Of a stretch of 64,000 nucleotides of DNA, positions 17,997-26,677 are shown one piece after another (the first letter of the stretch is position 1; every line of letters begins with the position of its first letter). The DNA lies in the IMG/VR virus record IMGVR_UViG_3300002026_000045, positions 32,001 through 96,000 of that record. One strand, 5' to 3'. The DNA comes from a virus. The position numbers and the translations under genes were made by a program. The notes below the pieces were generated by a model that was given only the letters and a program-made list of their open reading frames with translations, searched no databases and was not told the origin of the DNA.

Positions 17997-18441
17997 ATCC
18001 CCACCCGTTGGCTTTTATTAGCTTAGACTTAACTCTGACATTAGGCTGCCTATGCTTTTTAGTGTCAGTAAATCCCATCATAACGCCAACCTCTGCGACT
18101 GCGCCGCTGCGGCACAACCCTGCGTGACAGTGCACGACGACATTCATGTCTTTTTCTAGTGCATGCTTCAGCAATCTCACAATCTCAACTGCTTGTGCAT
18201 CTTGAATCTTTGTTTCGTCTGGAAATTCACACTCGTTTTCCGCGTCAAGAAATTCAAAGTGATGGACTTCCCTAAACTGGTTGTATGGATTAATTACCCA
18301 CCCTGCTGGGTCGGTAATTTGAATAAGCATGCTATTATCACCAGCGTCTTTGTGACAACCATTGGCAACATCTGCTGCCGCAACATTTTGTATCCAGGCC
18401 ATTATGCAAACTCCACTTGTTGATCTGAGATAAGATTCCAA
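17980..18441 (-). CDS. Protein tyrosine/dual-specificity phosphatase-like protein
   Basis: VHCHAGLCRSGA (CX5R); true start probably MAWIQN. Confidence 0.85.
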   Translation of the reverse strand: MESYLRSTSGVCIMAWIQNVAAADVANGCHKDAGDNSMLIQITDPAGWVINPYNQFREVHHFEFLDAENECEFPDETKIQDAQAVEIVRLLKHALEKDMNVVVHCHAGLCRSGAVAEVGVMMGFTDTKKHRQPNVRVKSKLIKANGWGYDSTV

Positions 18442-19061
18442 ACTTCTAATTTATAATGCTCATCTGCCATTGCTGGAAAATCTGCTGCAAATAACTCGAT
18501 ACTGTAGTTATAGTTTCTCCCGTTACCGCTACCGCCACTACCAGTTTGTACAATTGTGCTGTCAAAGTAGTCAGAGCCACTACCATCGTATGGTCGAGGA
18601 ACTTTGTGATCGCTATACCCTGCATCAATTTGAAACTTAATTTGCCCTCTCCAACCTGGGTAACCAGTTGGTGTACCAGGTGGTGAACGGCGAGGGTCCC
18701 AATTAGTTACCCCGTTTCGGGGGCATCTATGACTGTTGCTTACGCTGTCACTCCAATGCGCAGTTATAGCAATTGCTACTAATTTGTGGGCCGTGTCCCT
18801 TGCTTTACGCCATGTGTTATGCGCAGCACCATTTGCCGCAAACCATTTCCAGTTGTCTTTAATAAACTGCTCTAAGTTGGCAATACTTGTCACAGTGTTG
18901 CCCATATCAATCATAAACTGATTTCGTTCTGCGTTAACTTTTGCGATTTTTCGATCGTCAGAACGGAATTCAGCAAGTTTACGCAAGTGTTTTAGGTACT
19001 TGCTTTTATCTTCAAACAGTTTACCGTCTGTATCACTTTTCCAAACTAATACTTGGCTCAT
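18402..19061 (-). CDS. Hypothetical protein
   Basis: 219-aa ORF. Confidence 0.65.
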   Translation of the reverse strand: MSQVLVWKSDTDGKLFEDKSKYLKHLRKLAEFRSDDRKIAKVNAERNQFMIDMGNTVTSIANLEQFIKDNWKWFAANGAAHNTWRKARDTAHKLVAIAITAHWSDSVSNSHRCPRNGVTNWDPRRSPPGTPTGYPGWRGQIKFQIDAGYSDHKVPRPYDGSGSDYFDSTIVQTGSGGSGNGRNYNYSIELFAADFPAMADEHYKLEVWNLISDQQVEFA

Positions 19062-19278
19062 AAACTTCCCACCTGTTATTTGTATAATCCCAATGCCTAG
19101 TATCGTACAGCTTTATTGATAGTTCGATTCCCAATGCACCCAATTGTAACTCTGCCCCTGCATGATCTCGTTTAAATGTCCACTCAAACGACAATTTAAA
19201 AACGGTCCCGCTAAATTTAATTGCCTCTACTTCAATTGCTTTAAACGAAGTAAGAATTATAAAATTAGCATTAATCAT
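19033..19278 (-). CDS. Hypothetical protein
   Basis: DHAG...YDTRHWDY motif. Confidence 0.55.
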   Translation of the reverse strand: MINANFIILTSFKAIEVEAIKFSGTVFKLSFEWTFKRDHAGAELQLGALGIELSIKLYDTRHWDYTNNRWEVYEPSISLEK

Positions 19279-19697
19279 GATGCTGACACTCCCAACTTTC
19301 CTAGCTCAGTTAGGAAATTACTTTTGCGATTAAACGGAATAGTCACATGCACTGACTTACCAAGTTCAGTTTCATCACACAAATCTTTTGCTTCTTTAAG
19401 CCCAAACCCAGTGTACTCACGCACTAACTTAATATATGGAATAAAATTGCCACTGTTACCAGCATTACGAGTTGCAGATTTGTAAATTACTACATTACAG
19501 TCGCCATCACCAGTCATTAGGCGAAAAAATATTGCACCCTTCAGGTCATTGCCTAATGTGTCTGCAATCGTATCCCACAGTTCCAAACCAGTGGTCGCGC
19601 CGTAGGCTTCCGTGATAGACCGCATGAACTGCAACCCAGATAATACTACTGTATCCCGGGCTGCGTCTGACAACGATTCTAAATCTAGCGGTTTCAT
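19275..19697 (-). CDS. Protein with C-terminal ribosomal bL12 (L7/L12) CTD-like domain
   Basis: IKLVREYTGFGLKEAKDLCD vs bL12 IKAVR..TGLGLKEAKDLVE. Confidence 0.75.
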   Translation of the reverse strand: MKPLDLESLSDAARDTVVLSGLQFMRSITEAYGATTGLELWDTIADTLGNDLKGAIFFRLMTGDGDCNVVIYKSATRNAGNSGNFIPYIKLVREYTGFGLKEAKDLCDETELGKSVHVTIPFNRKSNFLTELGKLGVSAS

Positions 19698-19868
19698 TTA
19701 ATCTGCGTATTCAGTGTCAACAACATCATCAGTATCTTCTTGTTCAACAATACGCACCTTGTGACCAGCGTCTTGCTGATCAGAAGCATAGTCAACAGCT
19801 TGTTGTTCAGTTTTAAAAACTTCGGAATCCAAAACTGCACCAGCGCACATTACCAAAACTTTAAACAT
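19698..19868 (-). CDS. Small acidic early protein (56 aa)
   Basis: Manual translation MFKVLVMCAGAVLDSEVFKTEQQAVDYA...; downstream of early promoter. Confidence 0.55.
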   Translation of the reverse strand: MFKVLVMCAGAVLDSEVFKTEQQAVDYASDQQDAGHKVRIVEQEDTDDVVDTEYAD

Positions 19869-19899
19869 ATTAAACTTCTTTCTTTGTTGCTAAGTGTAT

Positions 19900-19928
19900 A
19901 TTATACTGCTATCTTACCGAAATGTCAA
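19900..19928 (-). promoter_or_regulatory. Sigma70-type early promoter
   Basis: TTGACA-17-TATAAT. Confidence 0.85.
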
Positions 19929-19935
19929 CTGCTGT

Positions 19936-20241
19936 TTACATGCAGTGATAACGCTCAGTTCCGGGGTCACAGCATCCACCCAGCTCTGACTTGCGGATCA
20001 TGCACTTTTTGCCAGTCAAGATGTTAACTGTTTCAACCATTGGGTTGTAGTAGAAATTGTATTGTTCGTGGGTCATAACCAAATAGCGCCCCACTGACTC
20101 TTTCAAGCCAAACATTGCGTCGACTACCCGTGAATTCAGCCGTGTGGCAGCAATCTTCGCGCCACGCTCAGTTGGGTAAGTCATGTCACGGCATTGTTTG
20201 CGGGCAATGTATCCAGTTAAGGTGTCATAAATTACAAACAT
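19936..20241 (-). CDS. Early hypothetical protein
   Basis: AAGGA RBS; C-terminal CCDPGTERYHCM. Confidence 0.6.
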   Translation of the reverse strand: MFVIYDTLTGYIARKQCRDMTYPTERGAKIAATRLNSRVVDAMFGLKESVGRYLVMTHEQYNFYYNPMVETVNILTGKKCMIRKSELGGCCDPGTERYHCM

Positions 20242-20250
20242 GATATTTCC

Positions 20251-20460
20251 TTATTCAGTGATGCTAAGAACAGTTACTTCGTTTTCATCAAGCAGCAACG
20301 TGGTGCGTTCTGAACCGTAAATAATGATTGGGACGTCAAGTTTAACAGTGTGCTGAACTTTGCCACCGTATTTGACACGGCTAGACTGTACCATCCCAGT
20401 AACTTGGAACAATCCCAAGTAATTGGACGTAACTGCTTGACCTTCTTTGTTCCAGCTCAT
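20251..20460 (-). CDS. Early hypothetical protein
   Basis: GGAG RBS; SSRVKYGG.VQHTV.L motif. Confidence 0.65.
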   Translation of the reverse strand: MSWNKEGQAVTSNYLGLFQVTGMVQSSRVKYGGKVQHTVKLDVPIIIYGSERTTLLLDENEVTVLSITE

Positions 20461-20492
20461 TCAATGCTCCGGTTGTTTTCTGCTATGTCACT

Positions 20493-20521
20493 ATTATAGC
20501 ACCAAAATACTTGACTGTCAA
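20493..20521 (-). promoter_or_regulatory. Early promoter with palindromic -35
   Basis: TTGACA-17-TATAAT; TTGACAGTCAA at 20511-20521. Confidence 0.85.
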
Positions 20522-20914
20522 TCAAATATACATGCTAGTTTCAGCATTTTGCCTAGCAGTTTCAGCTGCATCAAAATTATGATTGCGCCAGCAAAACGTA
20601 TCCAGGTCCAACCGATGTGCCTTTTCCATACCGCGGTGACCCTTGTATGCCACGATAGTTACGCACTTGTCAGTGATCTTTGTGATTTCGCCGGTGTAGG
20701 ACAGGTTATAACTGTCGTATTCAGCAACGTCGCCAACTACAAACGAAGCACCACGCTGAGTAGAACCATCACGTTCGTCAACATAAACAGTGATACTATT
20801 GTAACCAGACTTGGAAACGCCAGTGCATTCAACTTGATACTTTGTTTCAGACGCTGGGATAGCACGGCCGTGGTATTTACGGGCTTTGGACATAACGCGG
20901 ATTAAGTTGGCCAT
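20522..20914 (-). CDS. Early hypothetical protein
   Basis: Own promoter and AGGA RBS. Confidence 0.65.
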   Translation of the reverse strand: MANLIRVMSKARKYHGRAIPASETKYQVECTGVSKSGYNSITVYVDERDGSTQRGASFVVGDVAEYDSYNLSYTGEITKITDKCVTIVAYKGHRGMEKAHRLDLDTFCWRNHNFDAAETARQNAETSMYI

Positions 20915-20945
20915 TTTAAGTTCCTTTGTTTCTTGCTATGTGTAT

Positions 20946-20974
20946 ATTATAACACCGAAATACTTGACTGTCAA
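20946..20974 (-). promoter_or_regulatory. Early promoter with palindromic -35
   Basis: TTGACA-17-TATAAT; palindrome 20964-20974. Confidence 0.85.
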
Positions 20975-20977
20975 CAA

Positions 20978-21214
20978 CTATTTCTGGCTAAGAAACATTG
21001 CATATGAAGTGTTGCACACACGGCGACAGTCAGCCAACGTACGAATAAGCATACCGCCCTTGCCGCAAACACGAAAGAACACTACATTGCCAAGTTCGTC
21101 AGTGACAGTAAGTTGAACTGCATTGATTGGTTTTTTAATTTGACCCCAACGAGCATAATAATCACCAGACGCTTCAATTGCGTTAACTGACTTATATTCT
21201 TTAGTGTATTTCAT
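20978..21214 (-). CDS. Early hypothetical protein
   Basis: Own promoter upstream. Confidence 0.6.
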   Translation of the reverse strand: MKYTKEYKSVNAIEASGDYYARWGQIKKPINAVQLTVTDELGNVVFFRVCGKGGMLIRTLADCRRVCNTSYAMFLSQK

Positions 21215-21246
21215 TTTGTGTTCCGGTCGTTTTCTGCTATGTCGTT

Positions 21247-21275
21247 ATTATAACGCCGAAAGGCTTGACTGTCAA
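21247..21275 (-). promoter_or_regulatory. Early promoter with palindromic -35
   Basis: TTGACA-17-TATAAT; palindrome 21265-21275. Confidence 0.85.
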
Positions 21276-21314
21276 CCATTAAAATATAAAAGTCGATGCT
21301 CGGATAAATAAAGT

Positions 21315-21890
21315 ATGAACAATTATTATACCTACGCTTATTTACGTGAAGATGGCACTCCGTATTACATTGGGAAAGGCAAAGGACGTCGAGCCTGGTC
21401 TGGAAGACATCGCGTACATTTACCAGTGGACAGTTCCAGAATTGTGATCTTATCTGAAGGGTTAAGTGACGACGCTGCTAAGTTAATGGAGAAAGAACTT
21501 ATCACAAAATATGGCAGAAAAGATTTAGGTACTGGTATTTTACAAAACCAAACTGACGGAGGTGATGGTGCCTGCCTCAAAGGGTCAAAAAATGGTATGC
21601 ATGGGCGTACCCATACTCCGGAGGCAAGGGCAAAAATTAAAGCAGCAAGAGCCACTCAAATTATGAAACCATGCTCTGCTGAACAGAAGCAATTCCTTAG
21701 CGATAAATTTAAAGGCAGAAAGAAACCCGACGGATGCCCAGAATTCCACTCAGATGAAACGAAAGCTAAGATTGCCGCCGCACATTTAGGCAAGCCGAAA
21801 AAGAAAGGTTATAAACAGTCCGATGAGCAAAAACAGAAAAAGTTAGAATCGTTTCGAGCCACAATGGCCGCTAAGAAGCAATCAAATTAA
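21315..21890 (+). CDS. GIY-YIG homing endonuclease with NUMOD3-like repeats
   Basis: YTYAY...PYYIGKG.G.R, N.TDGGDG, HTPEARAKI / HSDETKAKI; TAAATA at 21305-21310. Confidence 0.85.
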   Translation: MNNYYTYAYLREDGTPYYIGKGKGRRAWSGRHRVHLPVDSSRIVILSEGLSDDAAKLMEKELITKYGRKDLGTGILQNQTDGGDGACLKGSKNGMHGRTHTPEARAKIKAARATQIMKPCSAEQKQFLSDKFKGRKKPDGCPEFHSDETKAKIAAAHLGKPKKKGYKQSDEQKQKKLESFRATMAAKKQSN

Positions 21891-22080
21891 TCAACTGCTG
21901 GTTAATAGCATTCATCTCATCCTGCTCTATATACCAATCTGTCCGAGGGTCATAATATTGTCCTTCAATTGGATCGTAATACAAGACTCGACCAGAGAAC
22001 GAAAACGGACCTTCTAATCCTTTACGTGGTCCATAATTGTCACGCATGTTATCCATAACGCTTAACACCTTGTACCCCAT
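21871..22080 (-). CDS. Early hypothetical protein
   Basis: GLEGPF...GRVLYYDP.EGQYYDP motif; AAGGAG RBS. Confidence 0.65.
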   Translation of the reverse strand: MGYKVLSVMDNMRDNYGPRKGLEGPFSFSGRVLYYDPIEGQYYDPRTDWYIEQDEMNAINQQLINLIAS

Positions 22081-22106
22081 TTGACGCTCCTTGCTGGTAA
22101 GCTGGT

Positions 22107-22135
22107 ATTATAACACCAAAATGCTTGACCGTCAA
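22107..22135 (-). promoter_or_regulatory. Early promoter with palindromic -35
   Basis: TTGACG-17-TATAAT; TTGACGGTCAA. Confidence 0.8.
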
Positions 22136-22300
22136 TCAGACTTATACGCTTCTCGGTTAAGTAATTTTGCGATTTCACTCGCTATATACTCGCTCTCACA
22201 TGTGCATATAACCGTTCCATGTTTGTCAGTGACTACGTTGTCTCTAACACAAAACGGAATAAGATAACTAATATACGCTAGCTTATATATTATTTTTTTC

Positions 22301-22576
22301 TTACTGTCCATTTTGAGGGTTCCATTTAAGTGTAAACATCGTTAGCTCAGCGTCTGTTTTGAACGCAAACGAGGTAGTGTTTACTCGTTTGCCGCACCCA
22401 GTGGCGCAACACCATTTATCAACATCATCGATAAAACTAAATTTTTTTGTGTTTAGCTTAATTTTAATATAATTTGGCGTTACTATTTTCTCTACTATCT
22501 CAATGTCGTTTGTCATTTTTGGGTCTTTTGCAAACTCGTATGCTGGCGCGAACCTACTTTGTTTCATGATTGCCAC
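22301..22576 (-). CDS. Hypothetical protein, same small family
   Basis: WCC..G.G; ends FKTDAELTMFTLKWN. Confidence 0.55.
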   Translation of the reverse strand: MAIMKQSRFAPAYEFAKDPKMTNDIEIVEKIVTPNYIKIKLNTKKFSFIDDVDKWCCATGCGKRVNTTSFAFKTDAELTMFTLKWNPQNGQ

Positions 22577-23108
22577 GTAAATATTCCTTAAATAACTGTT
22601 GGAAATCGCTTTCCGTTAAATCGCCCACATCATGCCCCTCGGGCAGTAATACACGCTTATCCCCGTATCTCGCAAGTTTCAGCCCTGCTTTATCGCCTTG
22701 AACACACGCAACTTTAGTTGATGGCAACGCCTTTAACCAACTAACCAGGTGGACTGGGTTATTAGACAAGACTGCTACTGCAGGTAAGCCATACAAGTGA
22801 AGCCGGCATGCGTCAAAAACTCCTTCAGTAAGGAAAAGAACTGGATCAGCCCAATGCACTGATTCGAGCCCCCATACAGCAAGCTCGCCTGTCTTGCTTG
22901 CACAAGGCTTCGTAACCCATGTGTAATAACGGGCAAGACGCGGGTCGTCAACATGAAGCTTAGGCAAACTTGGATTATACGATTGAAATCCAACATATTG
23001 CCCTGACATGTTCCATAGTGGAAAAGTTACATAATCATCTGCGACGACGACGTTTGGATACAGTGTTGTATCAAACCAACGGCCACGGAGATGTTCTTGC
23101 ATGTTCAT
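22554..23108 (-). CDS. Toprim-domain primase-like protein
   Basis: FPL.N..G..VGFQ, LTEGVFDA, GDKAG, HDVGDL. Confidence 0.75.
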   Translation of the reverse strand: MNMQEHLRGRWFDTTLYPNVVVADDYVTFPLWNMSGQYVGFQSYNPSLPKLHVDDPRLARYYTWVTKPCASKTGELAVWGLESVHWADPVLFLTEGVFDACRLHLYGLPAVAVLSNNPVHLVSWLKALPSTKVACVQGDKAGLKLARYGDKRVLLPEGHDVGDLTESDFQQLFKEYLRGNHETK

Positions 23109-23113
23109 AATGC

Positions 23114-23142
23114 ATTATAACACCAGCAGCATCGTAAGTCAA
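23114..23142 (-). promoter_or_regulatory. Early promoter, 5 nt before ATG
   Basis: TTGACT-17-TATAAT. Confidence 0.75.
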
Positions 23143-23825
23143 TAGGTAGCAATTCTTCGATCAACAGACTTTAGCATACGTGCCTCCCAGTTGTCATAGC
23201 CTTCGACTGGCCATTGGCATCCAAATTGGTTCCCGTTGTGTTGAAATGAACTCAATTTTAAAGTTATTGTTTTGTTATTTTTTCTATCTTCAAGTAATGA
23301 CTCTACAACCTCACCATCAATTTGAAAAATATCTATCACTTTGTTTTCTGTTTTGTCGAAAGGAAGGATATATGTATCTATACCTTTCGACAATCTAGTT
23401 TCCAATGTCATGTTACTGTGGAAACTCCCCTCAAAATGGCTAGTAATTGCCGATTTACTTTTTTTATTTTCTAGATTCGTCGAATAATACAAGCCGCCAC
23501 GTTGCCCGATTGCTAATTCGTCCTGGAATATCCCACTAATCTTACTTTCAATCGGGCGTGGATATACAAGATCTCTGCCATTTTTATAATAGTAAATATA
23601 TCCGTCGGGCCCATTGGGTTCTATTGATGGCACTGCGCCAATTGCTGCGCATCCAATGATATCTGCCCATTTTGAATATAACTCGGGCATTGACACATCG
23701 CGCCCAGTAAGGTTATCTTCCCAAAATCGAATATTGGTTAAATCTGTCGGCTGGCGTTTGAGCAGCTGGCTAACGATTCTTGCATTGTTATTTTTAGCAG
23801 ACATCCACTGAGCGCGAGTCATCAT
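23139..23825 (-). CDS. PD-(D/E)xK nuclease-like protein
   Basis: GPDG...IESK motif. Confidence 0.45.
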   Translation of the reverse strand: MMTRAQWMSAKNNNARIVSQLLKRQPTDLTNIRFWEDNLTGRDVSMPELYSKWADIIGCAAIGAVPSIEPNGPDGYIYYYKNGRDLVYPRPIESKISGIFQDELAIGQRGGLYYSTNLENKKSKSAITSHFEGSFHSNMTLETRLSKGIDTYILPFDKTENKVIDIFQIDGEVVESLLEDRKNNKTITLKLSSFQHNGNQFGCQWPVEGYDNWEARMLKSVDRRIATY

Positions 23826-23850
23826 AATGCATACCTTAAATGAAAATTGT

Positions 23851-23879
23851 ATTGTAACAACGTTTATCTAAACTGTCAA
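23851..23879 (-). promoter_or_regulatory. Early promoter
   Basis: TTGACA-17-TACAAT. Confidence 0.75.
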
Positions 23880-23881
23880 TC

Positions 23882-23906
23882 AAAAGGAGAGGGCCGAAGC
23901 CCTTCT
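23882..23906 (-). terminator. Rho-independent terminator
   Basis: AGGGC-TTCG-GCCCT followed by a pyrimidine/U tract. Confidence 0.8.
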
Positions 23907-23908
23907 TT

Positions 23909-24010
23909 TTAGTACCTGTATGCGCCAGGATTACGCTTGTATCGCTCGTATCTTGCTTGTCCACATGCAGTAGCGAATGCCCAGTATGTGCTAAATATTC
24001 GCTTTAACAT
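23909..24010 (-). CDS. 33-aa basic peptide
   Basis: MLKRIFSTYWAFATACGQARYERYKRNPGAYRY; GGAAGG RBS; ends at terminator. Confidence 0.45.
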   Translation of the reverse strand: MLKRIFSTYWAFATACGQARYERYKRNPGAYRY

Positions 24011-24171
24011 AGCGCCTTCCCTCTGCTAATAGTGTCAAATTTACGAGTGTAATATTCAACATCATCCACAGTGTGTATATCTTGATTTTCAAGATATTGT
24101 TCAAGTTCAGATTTTTGTGGTTGCGACTTAAATAAGTTAGACAGCAACTCTATGGGATTCCATAGCAACAC
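24004..24171 (-). CDS. DUF3563-like small protein
   Basis: ...SELEQYLENQDIHTVDDVEYYTRKFD; start (GTG) uncertain. Confidence 0.45.
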   Translation of the reverse strand: MLLWNPIELLSNLFKSQPQKSELEQYLENQDIHTVDDVEYYTRKFDTISRGKALC

Positions 24172-24173
24172 AA

Positions 24174-24407
24174 TTAAGCCTTAGCAGTCTGTTTGCACAT
24201 TGCAGTAAATGAGCTAACAGCATTGTCAAATTGATCAGTGAAAAGTTCAACTGACGAAAAGTATGCACTAACTACTTTTTTAGTAGCATCTTTTGTTTCT
24301 TTGTGCGGAATAACTGCAATCATCGAGTCAGCAAATTGGCGATTCAATTCCAATACACGAGTAGCAGTTGGGACTTCAAATTTTGGCAAGTTAGTAAAAT
24401 TAAACAT
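24174..24407 (-). CDS. Phasin-like amphipathic helical protein (77 aa)
   Basis: Start re-assigned to ATG 24407 after AAGGAG; Ala/Phe-rich helical sequence; PhaR-type box upstream. Confidence 0.5.
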   Translation of the reverse strand: MFNFTNLPKFEVPTATRVLELNRQFADSMIAVIPHKETKDATKKVVSAYFSSVELFTDQFDNAVSSFTAMCKQTAKA

Positions 24408-24467
24408 TGTAAATCTCCTTATATAGCAAGTTTTAATTATGTAGGCCCTTATCAGCACCTACACAAT

Positions 24468-24485
24468 TATTTATGCTGCACTGCA
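24468..24485 (-). promoter_or_regulatory. PhaR-type operator abutting a late promoter
   Basis: TGCAGTGCAGCA (24485-24474) immediately followed by TAAATA (24473-24468). Confidence 0.6.
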
Positions 24486-24557
24486 ACATAGGAAATATTT
24501 ATTGTTAATTAACTACGCCAAAATCCGCCCAATTTGCTCCGCCGATATAAATATAGT

Positions 24558-25292
24558 ATGAAACCTACATATCTATATATAAAACAACATAATAAAACAG
24601 GGCTTAAATATTTTGGTAAAACAACTCAAGATCCTGAAAAATATCTTGGGTCTGGAATTAGATGGAGGAACCATCTTCGTGTGCATGGAAATGATATAAC
24701 TACTACATGGACATTATATACAAACAAAGAAGAACTAATGGCAGCAGCACTACTTTTTTCGGAAACTAACAAAATTTCTGAATCTTCTGAGTGGGCAAAT
24801 TTAAAACCAGAAAATGGGTTAGACGGCGGAGACCATGGAAAACTCACTGACGACGGTAGGAGACGCAAGTCCGAAGCAATGAAGAATAGAAAATTATCTG
24901 ACGAAACTCGGAAAAAAATTTCTGAATCTAATAAAGGAAAAACACGAACACTTGAACAAAATGCGGCAAATTCAGAACGGCAAAAAGGAAAGCCTGGCTT
25001 ACTTGGTCCTCAAAACGGGCAATACGGCAAAACACCTTGGAACAAAGGGTTATCTATACCTAGTCCAAATAAAGGCAAAAAGTACAAATCGTCAGGGCCT
25101 AATCCAAACAAAAGTCATCCAGCTTGGAATAAAGGAATGACTATGCCAAATCCAAATAAAGGTAAAAAGTATGGCCCGTCTGGTCCAAGTGGCCCAATGA
25201 CCAAATTAACTTGTCCGCACTGCAACAAAGAAGGCGGTGCGTCAATGATGAAGCGATATCATTTTGATTTGTGCAAACTTATTCAACAATAG
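24558..25292 (+). CDS. Seg-like GIY-YIG homing endonuclease with NUMOD3/PWNKG repeats
   Basis: YLYIK.H..TGLKYFGKT...YLGSG; start at ATG 24558, 4 nt after TATAAATA. Confidence 0.85.
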   Translation: MKPTYLYIKQHNKTGLKYFGKTTQDPEKYLGSGIRWRNHLRVHGNDITTTWTLYTNKEELMAAALLFSETNKISESSEWANLKPENGLDGGDHGKLTDDGRRRKSEAMKNRKLSDETRKKISESNKGKTRTLEQNAANSERQKGKPGLLGPQNGQYGKTPWNKGLSIPSPNKGKKYKSSGPNPNKSHPAWNKGMTMPNPNKGKKYGPSGPSGPMTKLTCPHCNKEGGASMMKRYHFDLCKLIQQ

Positions 25293-26361
25293 GACCGTTG
25301 GCCCAATTTGCACCGCCTATTGACATCCAAAACATTGGCTTTCCATGATCTGGTCTTTCATTGAGAACAATAGTACCCTGTTTTGCTTCGTGACGTGGAC
25401 GCTCATCTGAGCTTGTAATCTGTACTCCGCCAATCGTCAATTGTTCAATGCCCACTGAGCCATCTGGCTCCACAACAATGTTGTTTCTGCCATTGCTACT
25501 TACTACTAGACGTTGCGGGCGCATTGTACCAAAGATAGCAACATCTTTCCTCAATTTACGTGTAACAACTTCACATTCTTCATCCCATACTGCTAGCGCG
25601 CCAGCTGGTGTTTCTGTGTTAACACCAACACGTTTGTTTACTACAGTAAGAGACCCTTTATTTAAAATAGCATCGCCATTGACAGTCAGTGAACGCAATT
25701 CACCTAGTTCTTGAATATTTGTTTCTGTTACAAACGAGCCAAGCTTGTTACCAGATAAAACAGTAGTTCCATTTATGGTAAGTTTAGTTAAGTCTAAACC
25801 ATCTGCTTTAATTTTCTCAAAAACTTTATCAGCATACGCTAAGAAAAATTCTCCATCCATGGACAATTTTAACAAGCCAGCACTGTGCTCAACTAAGTCT
25901 TTGTAAAACGGCGAGTCAGTTGGGATTTCTCCAAGTAACTTCAAATCACCCTCAACTGTTAAATTCCCTTTAATAGTAGCAGCAGATGTAACAAGTTGAT
26001 TCTCAACTACTGTTGCCTGATCCATAATTGTGACTTGACATGTCGATGCATTATCTTGTATGCCTGTACTTCCAAAACTTTTTATTATCCCACTGATGAC
26101 ATTGTCACCAGACATTTTAAAATTTTGAAAGTTTATTGCTTCAGCAGGGATACTGCCTGCTGGGAAAGTAAGTTTTTTAACAAAGTCAGTGAGCTTTCTG
26201 TCAATGTAAAATTGAACTGTCTTGTTTATATCAATTTGCGCTAACTTTTGTGCTACATCAGCTGCAACTTGTTTTGCAATTTGTTCATGTAATTGTTTAA
26301 CAAATGCCTCGGTGATTTCTGACGCAATAGAGTCAATTTTATCTTTAGACATTAGTTTCAC
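25279..26361 (-). CDS. Hypothetical, probably virion-associated protein
   Basis: 360 aa; beta-rich C-terminal half with RVGVNTETP motif. Confidence 0.6.
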   Translation of the reverse strand: MKLMSKDKIDSIASEITEAFVKQLHEQIAKQVAADVAQKLAQIDINKTVQFYIDRKLTDFVKKLTFPAGSIPAEAINFQNFKMSGDNVISGIIKSFGSTGIQDNASTCQVTIMDQATVVENQLVTSAATIKGNLTVEGDLKLLGEIPTDSPFYKDLVEHSAGLLKLSMDGEFFLAYADKVFEKIKADGLDLTKLTINGTTVLSGNKLGSFVTETNIQELGELRSLTVNGDAILNKGSLTVVNKRVGVNTETPAGALAVWDEECEVVTRKLRKDVAIFGTMRPQRLVVSSNGRNNIVVEPDGSVGIEQLTIGGVQITSSDERPRHEAKQGTIVLNERPDHGKPMFWMSIGGANWANGPIVE

Positions 26362-26668
26362 CCTCAGTTAACCGAGCTAATAGAACATCGTAAAACGAAT
26401 CTACCTCACCGTTAAACACTCCACGCAAGTGACTTATCCCCTCTACCACAGTCAAAAAATCGCCTCGTTGCAACGCGTCAATTGTCGCTTTATGTAACCC
26501 AACTAGCCTAGATAAATCTTTAAGTTCATCAATTGAGATAGATTCTGGCGGCACAAGGCAGTAAGCAGTTACTGGACCGCGAATAGGTGCGTCAAAAGTT
26601 TCAAGCTCTAACAGCACGTGACGATTGCTCATTTCTTGAGCTACTTCTTTTCCAAAAATAATTTGCAT
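26345..26668 (-). CDS. Hypothetical late protein
   Basis: TATAAATA 6 nt upstream. Confidence 0.65.
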   Translation of the reverse strand: MQIIFGKEVAQEMSNRHVLLELETFDAPIRGPVTAYCLVPPESISIDELKDLSRLVGLHKATIDALQRGDFLTVVEGISHLRGVFNGEVDSFYDVLLARLTEGETNV

Positions 26669-26677
26669 AGTAAATAT

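Noticed and set aside
20493-22135. CRISPR-like array from recurring ~30-bp repeats
   Set aside because: Repeats are promoters separated by 300-860 bp containing genes
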